From Octopus vulgaris (Eukaryota), in NCBI GenBank assembly GCA_951406725.2, contig OX597815.1, forward strand, positions 37,200,001 to 37,264,000: a stretch of 64,000 nucleotides of DNA, written 5' to 3'. The notes under the pieces were generated by a model. It saw only the letters and a list, made by a program, of their open reading frames with translations, was not told where the DNA came from and did not search any database. The position numbers and the translations under genes are program-made. This document shows, one piece after another, positions 29,053-43,335 of this stretch (its first letter is position 1; each line of letters starts with the position of its first letter).

Positions 29053-29710
29053 TATAAATATATATATATATATGTATGTATGTACGTACGTACGTAAGCA
29101 CGTATGTATGTATTTATGGAGGGAAAATCTGTGAAAAATGTCGACGATTATTTTTGTTTAGAGTGCATTCGTTAATTGCCACATTAACCAGCTATGCTGT
29201 TTTTTCTGATTTTGACTTATGCAGTTTTAATAATGCCCTCGTTCGAGCTATATTTATTTTCTTTAAATTATCTCCGCTCAAGCATTCCAATTATATACAG
29301 GGTATTTTTCATCAATTATCTACTTTTCAAATCGCACAATAAACAATTTTTTTTACGAAATGCATACGTGAAAAATATAAGATTTTGCCATTGGTTTCAC
29401 ATTGCCATAATACCAAGTATACATATAGTAGAATCTCACATGTGCAATAGAGTGAGTTGAATTTTTTCGTTAAACTGAACAGATAGATGATACTTAGAAT
29501 GTTTTGGTAAAAACTTACTGTCATGAAATTTTAAATCTGAAACCAAAAATAAGGGACTAAGTCTAATGGAAAAATAAAGGCAATGTGTGGGTTTTGACTT
29601 TAAAGCTAACTGGTAAAAGTAAGGGAATTTTTCCGGTTTTATTTGATCTTTCCAGCGAAATGTATTCAGGTCACCTGGTTCTGTTTTTATACTTAAAGAT
29701 GATCACTATA

Positions 29711-29945
29711 CAGGTTTGGCCAAAAGTCACCCGACAGTAAATGAACATTCCATAATTACTTAATATTCAATTTTAATCATTCATTCCAGTTATGAATGTT
29801 TAATAACTGAATGCTGTGAGTTAAAATAATTTTCTTTTCAACATTTGTCTGTTTATTAGCGAAGTCTCATATAAAATATTTTTTTGTTTTAATCTTGGAA
29901 TTAAATGGTTTTGATTTACTGTCAGGTAACATTTGGTCAACCCTG
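29711..29945. mobile_element. Tc1/mariner-type MITE
   Basis: ~32-bp imperfect TIRs caggtttggccaaaagtcacccgacagtaaat / atttactgtcaggtaacatttggtcaaccctg, with TA on the left. Confidence 0.7.
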
Positions 29946-31111
29946 GATGTGAAAAGACAGAGAAAAGTGGTGACCTCTCTACTTAGTTGGTTCCTCTTTG
30001 TCAAAAGTTAACTTCACAATTCAATGAATAAACGCTGATGAAATAATCGCCAGACTGAAATGTGTATGAGTGACCAGCACCTTTCAAAAATGTGGTATTT
30101 CAAGATGACCGCGGTCTAATGATTAAAATCATTAACATAATAAGATTACACTCACATACGCCTGCCGGCACACATGTACGCGCACATATTGTTATAATGA
30201 TTCCAAATTTAGGCATAAAACCAGCAATTTGGAGGAAGAATAAATCATTGCATTGAGTCCCAGGTCTCAAATGGTACTTATTTTTACGACCTCGAAAAGA
30301 TTAAATGCAAAGTTAACTTTAGCAACATTTGAACTCTGAACGTAAAGAACCGAAGAAATGCTTTTGAGCAGTTTTGTCAGACGCACAAATGAATTTGTGT
30401 GGAAGAGGAAGGAGATAATCGCACGATAGCTTCTCAAATCGCTTCATCAAATACTGGACAAACAGGCGTCAACAACATTTGTTCGACTACAAAAGGAATA
30501 ACACCCCCTTTACACTTCATCAAGTGGTGCTCTTAAGTTAAACCTAGCTTTCGCCATACTTGGCGAAACTAAAGTTTAGATATGTTAAAACCCAAACACA
30601 TACATACAAGCACGTCTGCGCGTACACAGACACACACACGCATGCACGCAGAAATATATATATGTGTACGTGTGTGTATATATATATATATGCATATATA
30701 CTCACATACACACACACACATATATGAGGATCAAGATCCCTCCCGAGTTATAGGCTAGTAAGGCCGGTTTCCTGGATTGTGTGGTGAATACATTCCCCAC
30801 TAGATGGGACGAGTAATCCGCCGCAAAGTTACTTATTTTTGCCAGCTGAGTGGTCTGGAGCAGCCTGAAATAAATTGTTTTCCCCAAGAGCGCAACTCAC
30901 TCCTAGATCAAGGAATCGAAATTGCGATTATGATCATTAGTACAACATTGTAACATCTTTTACTGTATCTTTTTTACTTTTGATTTGTCTATACGTACAT
31001 ACTTGCATACATACATACATACATACATACATACATACATACATACATACATACGGAAACATACATACACACACATACACACACACACACACTCACACAC
31101 ATATATATATA

Positions 31112-31410
31112 TCATGTGACCGACCAGGCTATCAGGTGTTGCTACACATCGCTGGTCACAATGCGCTTCGCATTGTTTTAGCCTTCAAATGACGCCACCT
31201 CGCTGGCTAAACGACCAGGCCAACAGAAGAAAGACTAAGAGAAAGTTGCGGCGAAAGAGTGCAGCAGGGATCGCCACCACCCACTGCCGGAGCCTCATGG
31301 AGCTTTAGGTGTTCTCGCTCAATAAACACTCACAACGCCCGGTCTGGGAGTCGAAGCCGCGAACCTACGACCGCGAGTCCGCTGCCCTAACCAGTGGCCA
31401 TTGCACCTCC
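31112..31410 (-). mobile_element. tRNA-derived SINE
   Basis: Minus-strand head tggccactggttagggcagcggactcgcggtc...ggcttcgactccc. The tail is related to 18630-18705. Confidence 0.7.
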
Positions 31411-31422
31411 ACACACACAGAA

Positions 31423-31461
<39 letters not shown>

Positions 31462-31694
31462 CATATATTTGCCATTCAACAAGTTGTTTTTATAGTCTTT
31501 TTTCATTTTCCCTTATATCATTCTGTTGAATGCCGAAGGCTCGAAGCGTAAAAGACTTTCACTCTTTTCCGAGTGTCAAACTAATACACCTGCTTTCTGT
31601 TCATACAAATGTCTTGGTCTTTTGCTTTTCTGTAGATTTCAACTATATATGTGCGTGCGTGTGTGTGGATATATTATATCTGTAACTATGTATG

Positions 31695-31842
<148 letters not shown>

Positions 31843-31934
31843 TATATCAATGTTTATATTTATATGTATATATACATACATATATATGGACGAATACTAG
31901 CCATCTTTTTCTTAAGTCCTGGTAATGAGGTGCA

Positions 31935-32211
31935 GGTGTGTGTATGTGGTAAGAAGAGAAGTGCTTCCAAAAACCACATAGCTCCGGGTTCAATCCCATT
32001 GCGTGGCGCCTTTAGGAGTGCCTTCGACGGCAACCTCGGTGCAATCAAGAAACTGAAAGAAACCTTTCGCATATTAATATATATGTATGTGTGTATATAT
32101 GTATATATATATATATATAGATAAGAAAGTTGGTTTGTGAAAGCACGTGGTTGAATATATAGAAAATAGTAAAAATACATATCTTGCAAACACACACATA
32201 ATATATATATA

Positions 32212-32263
<52 letters not shown>

Positions 32264-32500
32264 TATATATATACATGTATGTGTGCTTGTGTTTGTCCCC
32301 ATCACCGCTTGTCAACCGGTGTTGGTGTTTTTACATCCCGTAAACTAATAGTTCGCCAAAAGAGAACAATAGCATAAGTACCAGGCTTAAAAAGAAAAAA
32401 ATGAGTGCGGGGGGAGATTCGTCCGACTAAAATTCCTCATGGTGGTGCCCCAGTATGACCTCAAACTAATGACTGAAACAAGTAAACGCTGAAAGATAAA
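31935..32500 (+). mobile_element. tRNA-derived SINE (23704 family) holding a short PLE terminal fragment
   Basis: SINE head and tail as in 23704-24097. 32119-32175 is the reverse complement of 921-973 and sits in the SINE's TA tract. Confidence 0.75.
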
Positions 32501-32702
32501 ATAACTCCTGCTGCTATTTCAAGACCATGCAAGAGGCTCTTTCACTTATTGCGAGCAACTGCATTTCTCTCCATTCCTGACAGTCTAAGAGCTGTCACTG
32601 TTTTCAATACAGATTGCGCTTGAAAAACCTACAGCAAACCTCAACTAGAAAAAGCAAGACCTACTAAACATTCCGTTGTGTATGTGTGTATGTTTTTATG
32701 TA

Positions 32703-33208
32703 CCGTAAATCCTCGGGTATAATCCGCATTTTCCGCCCAAATTTTAAAGGTCAAAATCCCTAGTGTGTACTATATACGAGGTTAAAAATGAAAAATAATT
32801 TCTAAGCAATGTCCGAGTCTCTATTTGCTGTCTGGCTATGTTTATTCAGACGCATTTTGTGATGTCGGGTGCGAAAATACCTTAAGCTAAGCCCGAAAGC
32901 AATGAAGTCATAAAAGAATCATCCATAACTTGCAGTAAGCAATGTTTATTAAACGTTGTTACAGTTATTACTGTTATTTCTTTATTTTCTGCAAACAAAA
33001 TTCACAAAAAAGTTACACGTTTGCATTATGTTATATATATACAATATTAATAAAGGGTGTTACCGTATACAGTTTTACAAACCAAGGACGTTATATAGAC
33101 CTCCTTGACTCAAGTTAGAGAAGGGGTGTGTATTATACACAAGCTTTAGGTCTTTCAGAGGTACAGCCAACTAAAAATCCTCTGCGGACTATACTCGAAG
33201 ATTTACGA
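32703..33208. mobile_element. Tc2/pogo-type MITE
   Basis: TIRs ccgtaaatcctcgggtataatccgc / gcggactatactcgaagatttacga, with TA at the left end. Confidence 0.75.
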
Positions 33209-33339
33209 TCTGTCTGTCTGTATGTATGTATGTATTTATGTATGTACGTATGGACGTATGTATGTATATATGCAGGTATGTGTATATGTGTATGAGTGTG
33301 TGCCTGTGTGTGTATATGTGTCTGTATGTATGTATATAG

Positions 33340-33722
<383 letters not shown>

Positions 33723-33781
33723 AATGGAAGTTATGAGAGGTAATGGTGTCATACGGCAGTATGTCACAATTTTTATGCGAA

Positions 33782-33853
<72 letters not shown>

Positions 33854-33866
33854 AATCTCTCTCTCC

Positions 33867-33897
<31 letters not shown>

Positions 33898-33921
<24 letters not shown>

Positions 33922-34418
33922 AAACTCAACTTATGTGTCTGTGTGTGTATCTGTGTGTGTGTCTGTGTGTTTAACTTCCCGGCACACATCCTCCTAGCCA
34001 ACAAATCGCAGAACCACCGAAAATGGGTCACTTAAAGTATAGGCGAATGAAAATTGAACTGCGCTATTTCTGTTCCGAAATTCATCTCGCAAGTGCAAAA
34101 ATCGGTAATGTGTTTGTTTAGGCCTTATCCCATGCATTGAATAGTGAACTTTACTCAGTCAGCTGTTTGACGTGAACTGTGTTCATCACGCGTGCAAGCA
34201 TGCGTAAATTACGTGGAAAATAAAAAATCAAGATATAAAAACGAATCGCCGTAAGCATTGTAGAAATTCGGCAAAGAAATGAATTTTCGGGATGTAACCT
34301 GGAGGGTTTTTCCGTATTAATCGTTTGGACTTTGTGAACACATACCAATTGTTTTCATAACATTTTTAATGCTTTGAATTAAATGTGACCATTTTGCAAA
34401 GCCGGGCAATACTGCTAG
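33898..34418 (+). mobile_element. Non-autonomous Helitron
   Basis: TC-(TA)n-aaaa start; ends gcaaagccgggcaatactgCTAG followed by T, as in the 3153 and 20024 elements. Confidence 0.7.
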
Positions 34419-34919
34419 TATATATATATCTATATATGTATATGTGTGTATGTATGTATATTGACCATGATGTTACCCAACATATGGTATAGTTAAGTTT
34501 GGAAGTTTAATTTTGACACCATGCGTAATATCGTCGGATATGGCATATATGCAATAATTGTAAATGAAGATGTATCAAATTTGTTGGTTATATAAATCGA
34601 GAAAATCAATTATAATTTTCCGCATAAAATAATTATTTTCTCTAAAATTAAATTAAATTAAATTTAAACAAATTTCTCATTTGTATAGTTGCAGTAAATA
34701 TATATATTTTTCTAAATTTCATCAATACAATCGCAAGGTACACCGTTGAACGTCTATCTCTGTAAAATTTCTTCAAAAAAAATGTGGGGTTTTCTTTCAG
34801 AAAATTATAATTTAAAATAGGTTGTGTGGTACCAAAATAGACGTATGCCTGTTTCCCCTACCCTTCCTTTCCCTAGTGCTTTCTCTTTCCCTCCTTCTCT
34901 CTGCCTCTGTATTTGTGCG

Positions 34920-34979
<60 letters not shown>

Positions 34980-35073
34980 CGTATATAAATATTTGTATGC
35001 ATGTATGTACCAATCTATCTATTTATACGTGTGTACTATATATATATATATATGTATATATATATGTATATAT

Positions 35074-35141
<68 letters not shown>

Positions 35142-35964
35142 GAGTATGTATTTATGAAGACACATGAAGAAATGATTTGCAAATTGACAAGGCATTTCGT
35201 AATGTTAAAAATACATGAAAGGAACCCACTCCACTCCATCCATCTCCCCACAAAAGAGAAAGCAAGCAAACCAAACCGAATTGCGATGAAGAAATTCGAA
35301 CTGAATTGCTAATTTGTAATTATTTTTACATGAATCTTTCTTTTATATAACAAATGTCTTATTTTCTGGTGAAATGAAAACAAATCTACGAAAATGATGT
35401 TCAATAATCGACATTTATACATTTACTTATTCATTTCACTTACTCAGGAGAAAAAAAAAAGCACATTCCTGTCTTCCTTTTCTTTATGTTCAATACCGCA
35501 GTTGCATTTTCTTAAAACAATATATCACCGTATTTTTTTCTTAGTGAAAGTGAAAGTACGCATCTGTACACATGTTGTTTAAATCCTTGAAACTGTTAGA
35601 TCGTCACACACTCAATAACTGACATCTTTCGTTACGCGCATGCATTAATGTATTTTTTATTTATTTATCCACCATCCCATTCACTCCACCCATAACTACC
35701 CCGTCACTAATTCCTTATCCACCTGCTCCTCTGACTCTAGATTCCTTTCCTTCACACTGTGTAGCCTTCATTATTCATTGCTTCATACCAAGCTTTTTAT
35801 GCGCTCTAATCCTGCATCTTTTATATTAACCCCTTTTTCCTCTCGCTGTGTAAGATGTAAAACGTAAATTACCCCCCCCCTCCAAAAAAAAAGAACCCAA
35901 CCAACAAACGAATAAAAGAAATACGAGGAGTATATGCTGATTGACATATATCAGTAGGTATGAG

Positions 35965-36477
35965 AGCAGCGAGCTGGCACCAGTTACGCACTGGGGTCGA
36001 TGTAATCGACTTAATACCTATGTCTGTCCTTGTTTGTCCTCTCTGTGTTTAGCCCCTTGTGGGTAATAAAGAAATAGGTATTTCGTCTGTCGTTACGTTC
36101 TGAGTTCAAATTCCGTCGAGGTCGACTTTGCCTTTCATTCTTTCGGGGTCGATAAATAAAGTACAGATTTCGCACTGGGGTCGATATAATCGACTTAAAC
36201 CGTTTGTCTGTCATTGTTTGTCCCCTCTGTGTTTAGCCCCTTGTGGGTAATAAAGAAATAAGAAACGTTAGCGCGCCGGGCGAAATGCTTAGCGGTATTT
36301 CGTCTGTTGTTACGTTCTGAGTTCAAATTTCGCCGAGGTCGACTTTGCCTTTCATCCTTCCGGGGTCGATAAATAAAGTACCAGTTTCGCACTGGGGTAG
36401 ATGTAATCGACTTAATCCCTTTGTCTGTTCTTGTTTGTCCTCTCTATGTTTAGCCACTTGTGGGTAGTAAAGAAATA
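35965..36477 (+). mobile_element. Tandem partial and full copies of a SINE with Nin/Deu-like central motif
   Basis: Three copies of the tail cgcactgggg...taatcgactt...cccttgtgggtaataaagaaata and two of gttctgagttcaaat...tcggggtcgataaa. Confidence 0.75.
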
Positions 36478-36704
36478 TACATCAGTAGGTATGTACAATG
36501 ACTGCTCAGATCGGTTTACCACAAAAACTCCGGCTGGAAGTTCAAATGGAAATGAGGTACTGAAATTGCCTATCCAAGGCGGCTAGAAGCGGTATCCGAT
36601 TCGGGTGTAAATAGATGAAATATGGAAGACGGGCAAGCAGAGAAATCGGTGTTGCTCGAGGATATTTACTTCATAATAAAGAGTACAAGTCCGTATTTCA
36701 CTAA

Positions 36705-36788
<84 letters not shown>

Positions 36789-38127
36789 ATATATAACAAG
36801 CAACTTAGCTAGTTAGGAACATCTCTATAAGAGCTCAAAGCTGTATTTATGCTGTGAAGAGTGTTTGACAATATCTAAATACGGGCGTTCCCTAGGAACC
36901 GATGATACTGCTATTTGAACCAAAAGAGTGCACCTCCTTCATCTGGTTATTCAGTGCACTCTGCCATCGATATATATTGCAAGCGAGGAGAGAGTTCCCT
37001 ACTATTTTAAGACTGAGATATTGAGACCGTAGAGTTTCGACGTCTTTATGGTAATCCTCGGTGATGGATACTCGTTCGCTAGTTGGCGTTAAACACTACT
37101 ACTAAAGATATATATAAATATAAAGAGAGAGAGAGAAAGAAAGAGAGAGAAATGAGAGAGTTTGGGTTAGCTCAAGGCTAGAGTAACGACACTCCCGATG
37201 CCCAAGATAACGCGAATGGATCAAACCGGCGCTTTCATGATTGTGAAGCGAATTCCATATTATTTAGTCATTCAAAAGCTAAAGGAACTTACTCTGTGAA
37301 CACACACACAAATACAATTACATACATGCATACATGCATACATACATACATACATACATACATACATACATACATACATACATACATACATGCATACATA
37401 CATGCATACATTCATGATGGCCGTCCACTCGTGACCGAGGAAGACCATTGCTGACCTTCAGGAACATTGTGCCCTCTAGGACTAATATTTTGTATTTACC
37501 GCTCCGTTTGAGGCTAATGAGCCCTGCTCTTGACAAACATACATACCGCAAAAATTGCAAACCAAACATTCTCCATTCACCACACCAACAGTATGCTTTC
37601 ATACACACACATACATACATACATACATACATACATACATACATACATACATACATGGACTTACATACACATACCTGCCACCCAACGCACACATATATAA
37701 TCTGATTGCTGAAGATGAAACTTCATATTTCGTAACTCCGTGTTTCTATGCTTTGATGACAAAATTTGAAAAATGAAACAATCGTTTATTAATCCGAATA
37801 CGAAGAGTGATGAGAGAAGAGACATCTGGAAGTTAAGAAAAACTATTCAGAGTAATTTCAAATTGTTTGGTCCATTCTTGCTTCGGCGCCTGGTTACAAA
37901 CGTGAGAATACCAAAAATAAACTCTATTTGCTTCTTCGTGTAAATGCAAAAAGTACCAGCATTAATTCGTGTTAAAATGTGTTTGAATACAAGATTGCAC
38001 CTACTTTGTACCTGTTTCCATAGGATAGAATTTTTATATTTTTCTATAAATCGACAGACACGCCATAACATTTTGAGAAAGTTAATCCAACGATATTTGC
38101 TATTCTTTCTTTCTTTCTTTCTTTCCT

Positions 38128-38186
<59 letters not shown>

Positions 38187-40578
38187 CATTTATTTAATCT
38201 CATTCTATCACTTTCTCGTCTTTGTTTTCTCTTACTCTTTTCTCTTTTTGACCCCATTGCTTCCTTCCTTTCATTTTCTTTTTCGTTATAACCTGTAGCG
38301 CGTGCATTCTGAACTGTAGATTTTATCCACCAATGCATGAATAGCAACAATATTTTAAGAAGCCTAAAAGTTCCCGATATTCTAAATCTTTTATTTATTT
38401 CACATTTTCTTATTTACTTATTTTTAAATATTTTCTTTCTTTCGCTCTTCCAATATTTATAGCTTTATGATATATTATTTGAACATGCTCAGTGTTTTCA
38501 GTGAATGCCTTTCACCTTCCATCAGTACACCACCATTAACCATGACCCGTTCAATTCGATCGCATTGTATCCTTACTATTTCAATTTTAGCCAATCCCTG
38601 TTTCTTTTTTTTTATATTTTGTTTTAGTTCTTTACAGTGAACATTCTTAGTATCGGCATTCTACTTTATTTTTCAATTTTTTTCCTCCCGAAACCAGAAG
38701 AGTGAAATTCGGAGTTACGAATTATGAAATTTTAGATTCGAGTAATATATTATTATACTATTTCCAGCATCGACTATTCTCCTTTTTGTTTATACTTATC
38801 TTTTTGTATACACATTTAGTCTTCTTCTCAGAATAGTGCACCATAGTACACGGATATATACAACTGAAGATAGAACAGCATCTGTTAATTTTTATCACCA
38901 AGACTATGTTAACCATTTTCATGTAATAGAACCTAAAAGATTTAATTGAGAAAACTGAAAGGTTATTAAAAAAGGATGAATGCAAGCATACATCTTTAAC
39001 TGTGGAATACATAGGGCGAATATTAATAATTGATACAAAATCCAATCAAATCTCTGGAAAATACGTGAATATATTCAAAAAGTATCTGTTTAATTTCATA
39101 AGTATGTCATATTCCGGAAATTAAAGAACAGTTTCCAAATAATTTCCTAAATTCCTTAGCTAATTCAGAAATAGACATTTTGCTTCGGAAAACATTTATA
39201 TCTCTCTCAGTAGATAAACTGATCATAACTGCTTATTATCTCACAGCATCTTTACCATCTACAACAATCCGATGAAAATAGATATAACGCAATTTATTTA
39301 GAAGATAAAGATATTTCCATTGCACTTAAGTAGATGATCAAGTAGATTTCTTAGACACTCGTTCATTTTATAATATGCTTAAAGGTTATTTGTAGTTTTG
39401 CATGCCACGCTAAATATAGTCGAATCGAATGTATCAAAATAGATTTAAGTGTCGTCCTAGACTCTTACAATAATAACTTTACAAAGTTGTAGACTCCATC
39501 TCTGTTACATTTTGCTTGAAGTAGAATGTTTTTGAAATACCCATGGGGAATAAAACTTAAAGTTTACTCTGTTTCATAATGTGTATTTTTCATCTCCCCT
39601 TCACTAAGTCACTCAGTTTAGAATATATGACCTTGGATCACACAATCTTCACTCATCACTCAGACACTAACGTTATTTTGCGTGAAAGGAAATTAATTTT
39701 CCTTTTCAAAAATGCTATCTAGATAGAAAAAATGGTAAGAATTTGTTCGATGCGGTTACGGAAACCTTTCATAGGGTTAAAGCTTGTGAAATTATTGTTC
39801 GAAATAGTTTAGATAGATTTTTAGGCTGATCAAAGATTGCATAGGGATTTAGATTTAAAAATTGCAGCCGGTAACAATCTTTCAACCGTTTAGTCTTTTA
39901 TACCGCCTTAAAACCGAGCACTAGTAAATTTTTTCCCTTTACAATATGACTTACAAAATGTTGTATCATAAGTGTTTTAACCTTCTTCAAAATATATTTT
40001 CGAATCATAGCAACCATATTTTTTTGATATTTCTACAAATAAGTGAATATTAATATCGGAGACAATACACATACAAAATTTTAGCTTCAAAAGAACTAGA
40101 AAAAATATATAATATAATTCACTCTTAAGTCTGACTATTAGAATATATGGAGCCAAGGAATTCTTTGAGTTAGTCGCAATTCATTTTATTGGAACACAAA
40201 AAAGTAACAAAGACTGAAAACATTCTGTAAAAATATTGTTCTGTCGAAAAATATTTCCAGCTCTGACAACTCTATTAATGACAGCAACCTGAACTGAATA
40301 ATCGTATTAAAAAAAAAAATCTTACATTTGAGCGACAGCGAAGGAAGTTTAGATGGTATATTACTGACATAGATGGTGTTTGTAACCCAAATTAGAGATT
40401 TATGACAGTACATTCGAAAATATCAGAGAAACTAGTCATAATATTTTTAACTGTTCTTGGCAGACCAATACCTTGGTCTAGTTTTTGTTTCTTACCTGCT
40501 TATGAGCATGGTGAAAGTAGAGATAAATATATTATTCGAGGATGAAAAGAAAGAAAACTGCTGCGAAGAAAGATCTGT

Positions 40579-40952
40579 CTATCTTATTTGTTATTAACAC
40601 AACGTTTCGGTTGATATACCCTCCAGCCTACTTCAGGAGAAATTTCGAACCTGGGTTCTCATTCCTACGGTATTTTTAGTTGTTGTTGTTGTTGTTGTTG
40701 TTCGGGACACTGCTTGGAACCGAACTCGGAATCTTGGGGTTAGTAGCCCGCGCTCTTAACTACTGCGCCATATGCCCGTGGGCATCTGACGTAGTGGTTA
40801 AGGTTCGAAATTTCCACAAGACACCTGAAGAAGGCTGGAGGGTATATCAGCCGAAACGTTGTGTTAACAACAAACAAGATGAGGACAAATATCCGTCGAA
40901 TGTAAATAATGTAAATAATGTACATAATTTCTCATCTCTTAAATATAGAACT
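40579..40952. mobile_element. Second head-to-head palindrome of the tRNA-headed hammerhead SINE-like unit (right arm internally deleted)
   Basis: Left arm on the minus strand matches the 4479 unit. Axis atgccc-gt-gggcat at 40772-40785. The right arm jumps from gtggttaag to ggttcgaaattt, then has the hammerhead and the same tail (...ttaaatatagaact). Confidence 0.85.
40820..40865 (+). ncRNA. Intact minimal type-I hammerhead motif
   Basis: gacac-CTGAAGA-A-GGCTG gagggtatat CAGCC-GAA-ACGT-T-gtgtt. Confidence 0.8.
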
Positions 40953-41379
40953 GCAAGATCTGCCTGTGTTGTTCTTTGCACAGCATGACTTTTTACTCCG
41001 ATATTATAAATCAATTGAACCACCGTATCATGTTATCAAAGTTAAATTAAACGATATTTCCGATTACATTTTCGTTCACTACTAATTTCTTTAGATGTTT
41101 ACTTTTAATTTCCCACTTCCTGACAATGAGAGCAGTCGTTTTTATAACAAAAGAAGTTTTTCTGAGACGAAATATTACATCGAGTGACGTTCGACATTTG
41201 TACTTACAATGTAAATAATATAGACATCATTATTTTAATTTAATGTTGTTTCACGTGTTTATATTGAGTTAACTTCACCCTGCTTGCCTTCCGCACAAAT
41301 CAGTCGATTTCTATACTGGAACGAAAGTTTCGAAATAATTACTTCTGTACAAGCCGGGGTACCTAAACTTACAACAGTA

Positions 41380-41725
41380 AGACTTGCTGTTAAAGCAGTT
41401 ACTAAACAATTCAAGTGTGGACGTAATATATCTCAACTTAGCAAAAGCCTTTGATAAAATCGCCTATGGTATGATATGTCACAAACTGCCTGATCTCAGC
41501 ATAGTCGGAAAACTTGGAGAGTGGCAAGCCAACATTTTAAAAGATAGATGTCAGGCTGTGGCGGCCAATGGAGGCAACTCTGGGCAACACAGATAGTTAG
41601 TTGTGTTCTACAGGGCACTGTCTTGGGGCTATTGCTATTCATAGAGGCCATCTTAGATGTGCCCTCTACTGCTCAGCTACCCCTTCTTGCTAGCTATGCA
41701 GACGATACAAATGTCTCTCACAGGA
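41380..41725 (+). mobile_element. CR1-type LINE reverse transcriptase fragment
   Basis: VDVIYLNLAKAFDKI...LQGTVLGLLLF...ASYADDT, with a frameshift. Confidence 0.85.
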
Positions 41726-42576
41726 ATAGAACTATGGAGATGTTGCGCCGGTGGGGTTGGAATCACACAAAAGGCCATTGCGGTCACCTTTTATTTTTGC
41801 ACATTTCTGTACTATCCATAAAGTAATATTTGTTTAATCTTGTATATATGTGTGCATGTATGATACAGAACAAGGAATTTAGCACTTTTTTTATAGTTTT
41901 ATAAACTATAAATATGGCACTAAATATAAAATAAAAGAAAAAATAAAAGAAAAAAGTATATCGATTCATATCAGTACAACTACAAAGAAAATTGTGTCAA
42001 AGATCCCAATATCACCATTAAGATGCAGGTGGAGATATTACAACAGCTTGGCTTTCAAGGACTCACAAAAGCAAGTAAGATCTACATAGGGTGAATGCAA
42101 GTATCTTCAAAACATAACTGGATCTCCTCCTGTCAAGAGTTCCGGGTGGACCTATTTGGCGGCAGGAAACGCAGGTGAGGGCAGTGACATTAAACTCTCT
42201 CGATCACCAAATTTTACATATCAAGTTGTGAAAGGGAAACAAAACTAACAGTGGTACCCCAGCATGGCCGCAACTCTCAAGCAGTAACTGGTAAACGAAA
42301 TAAAAGAAAGAAATACATAGAAAAGAAATTGTTAAGGATAAGTAATATCTCATTCCTCCGGCTACGAAGAAAATAATTTTCAAATCACTATTTAAATATA
42401 ACACAAACTATAACTTAACCGAAATGATTTATGCTAATTGGTTGGTGGCTGGATTAGATATTATAAATATTTGCTCACAGCGGCGCGTTAGAAATACACC
42501 CTTGGGAGGGACATTACACTAATAATAATAATACACACACGCACTGTCTACCACTAAATTGCATGTCAATCGGTTA

Positions 42577-42785
42577 AATATCTAATCAACTAACTAAACG
42601 ATCATTTGTTTAATATGTTGGTTAAACAATTAATCGGTTGTTTGTTTGTCAAAGTCCTTACGTCGCTATTAGTGACTTCATCAATATCTAATCGACTAAC
42701 TAAACGATTCTTTGTTTAATGTGTTGGTTAAACAGTTAGCTAGTTGTTTGTTAAAATCTTTTCGTCGCTACTAATGATCTCATCA
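42577..42785 (+). repeat. Diverged ~105-bp tandem duplication
   Basis: aatatctaatc(a/g)actaactaaacgat...cgtcgcta...catc occurs twice in tandem. Confidence 0.8.
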
Positions 42786-43335
42786 AAGTCAACCTTTGAG
42801 CTTGCTTGTATGTGCGTATGCAGATGTGTGATGGCTTATAAGAAATTGGAATGATGAGAGTAAACGAACAGTATGTGTGTGTGCTTGTGTGTGTACACTC
42901 GCGTGCCTGCTTGTAGGGGTGTTTGTGTGTATCTGTACTTGTGTGTCTGTGTGTTTGTGACTGTATGTGCGTTGTCCACCTATGATCTCTTTAAGGGATC
43001 GGCCTTTTGTTCAAGATCACTTCTGTCTCCGATTTGCTGGGATTTACTTGTCATCCCGTAAAGATTATGGGTGCTGTTCCTTATGTGAGGAGGGGGAGAG
43101 GAACAGAGGGTGTGTATGTGTGTACGTGTGTATGTGCACATGCGCGTATGTATGTGTGAGTGTGCGCGCACGTGAATGTGTGGTCTAGTGTGTGTGCTTT
43201 TGTGATTGAATCGGTTTTTGAGCAAATGTATACGTTCGTATGTGTGTGTATGTGTATTTACTTATGCGTATGCGTTCAAGCGTTTGCGCGCGCGGTATAG
43301 CCGGTTTCTTTGAATAGTCAAGTGTCTATGTGTAT

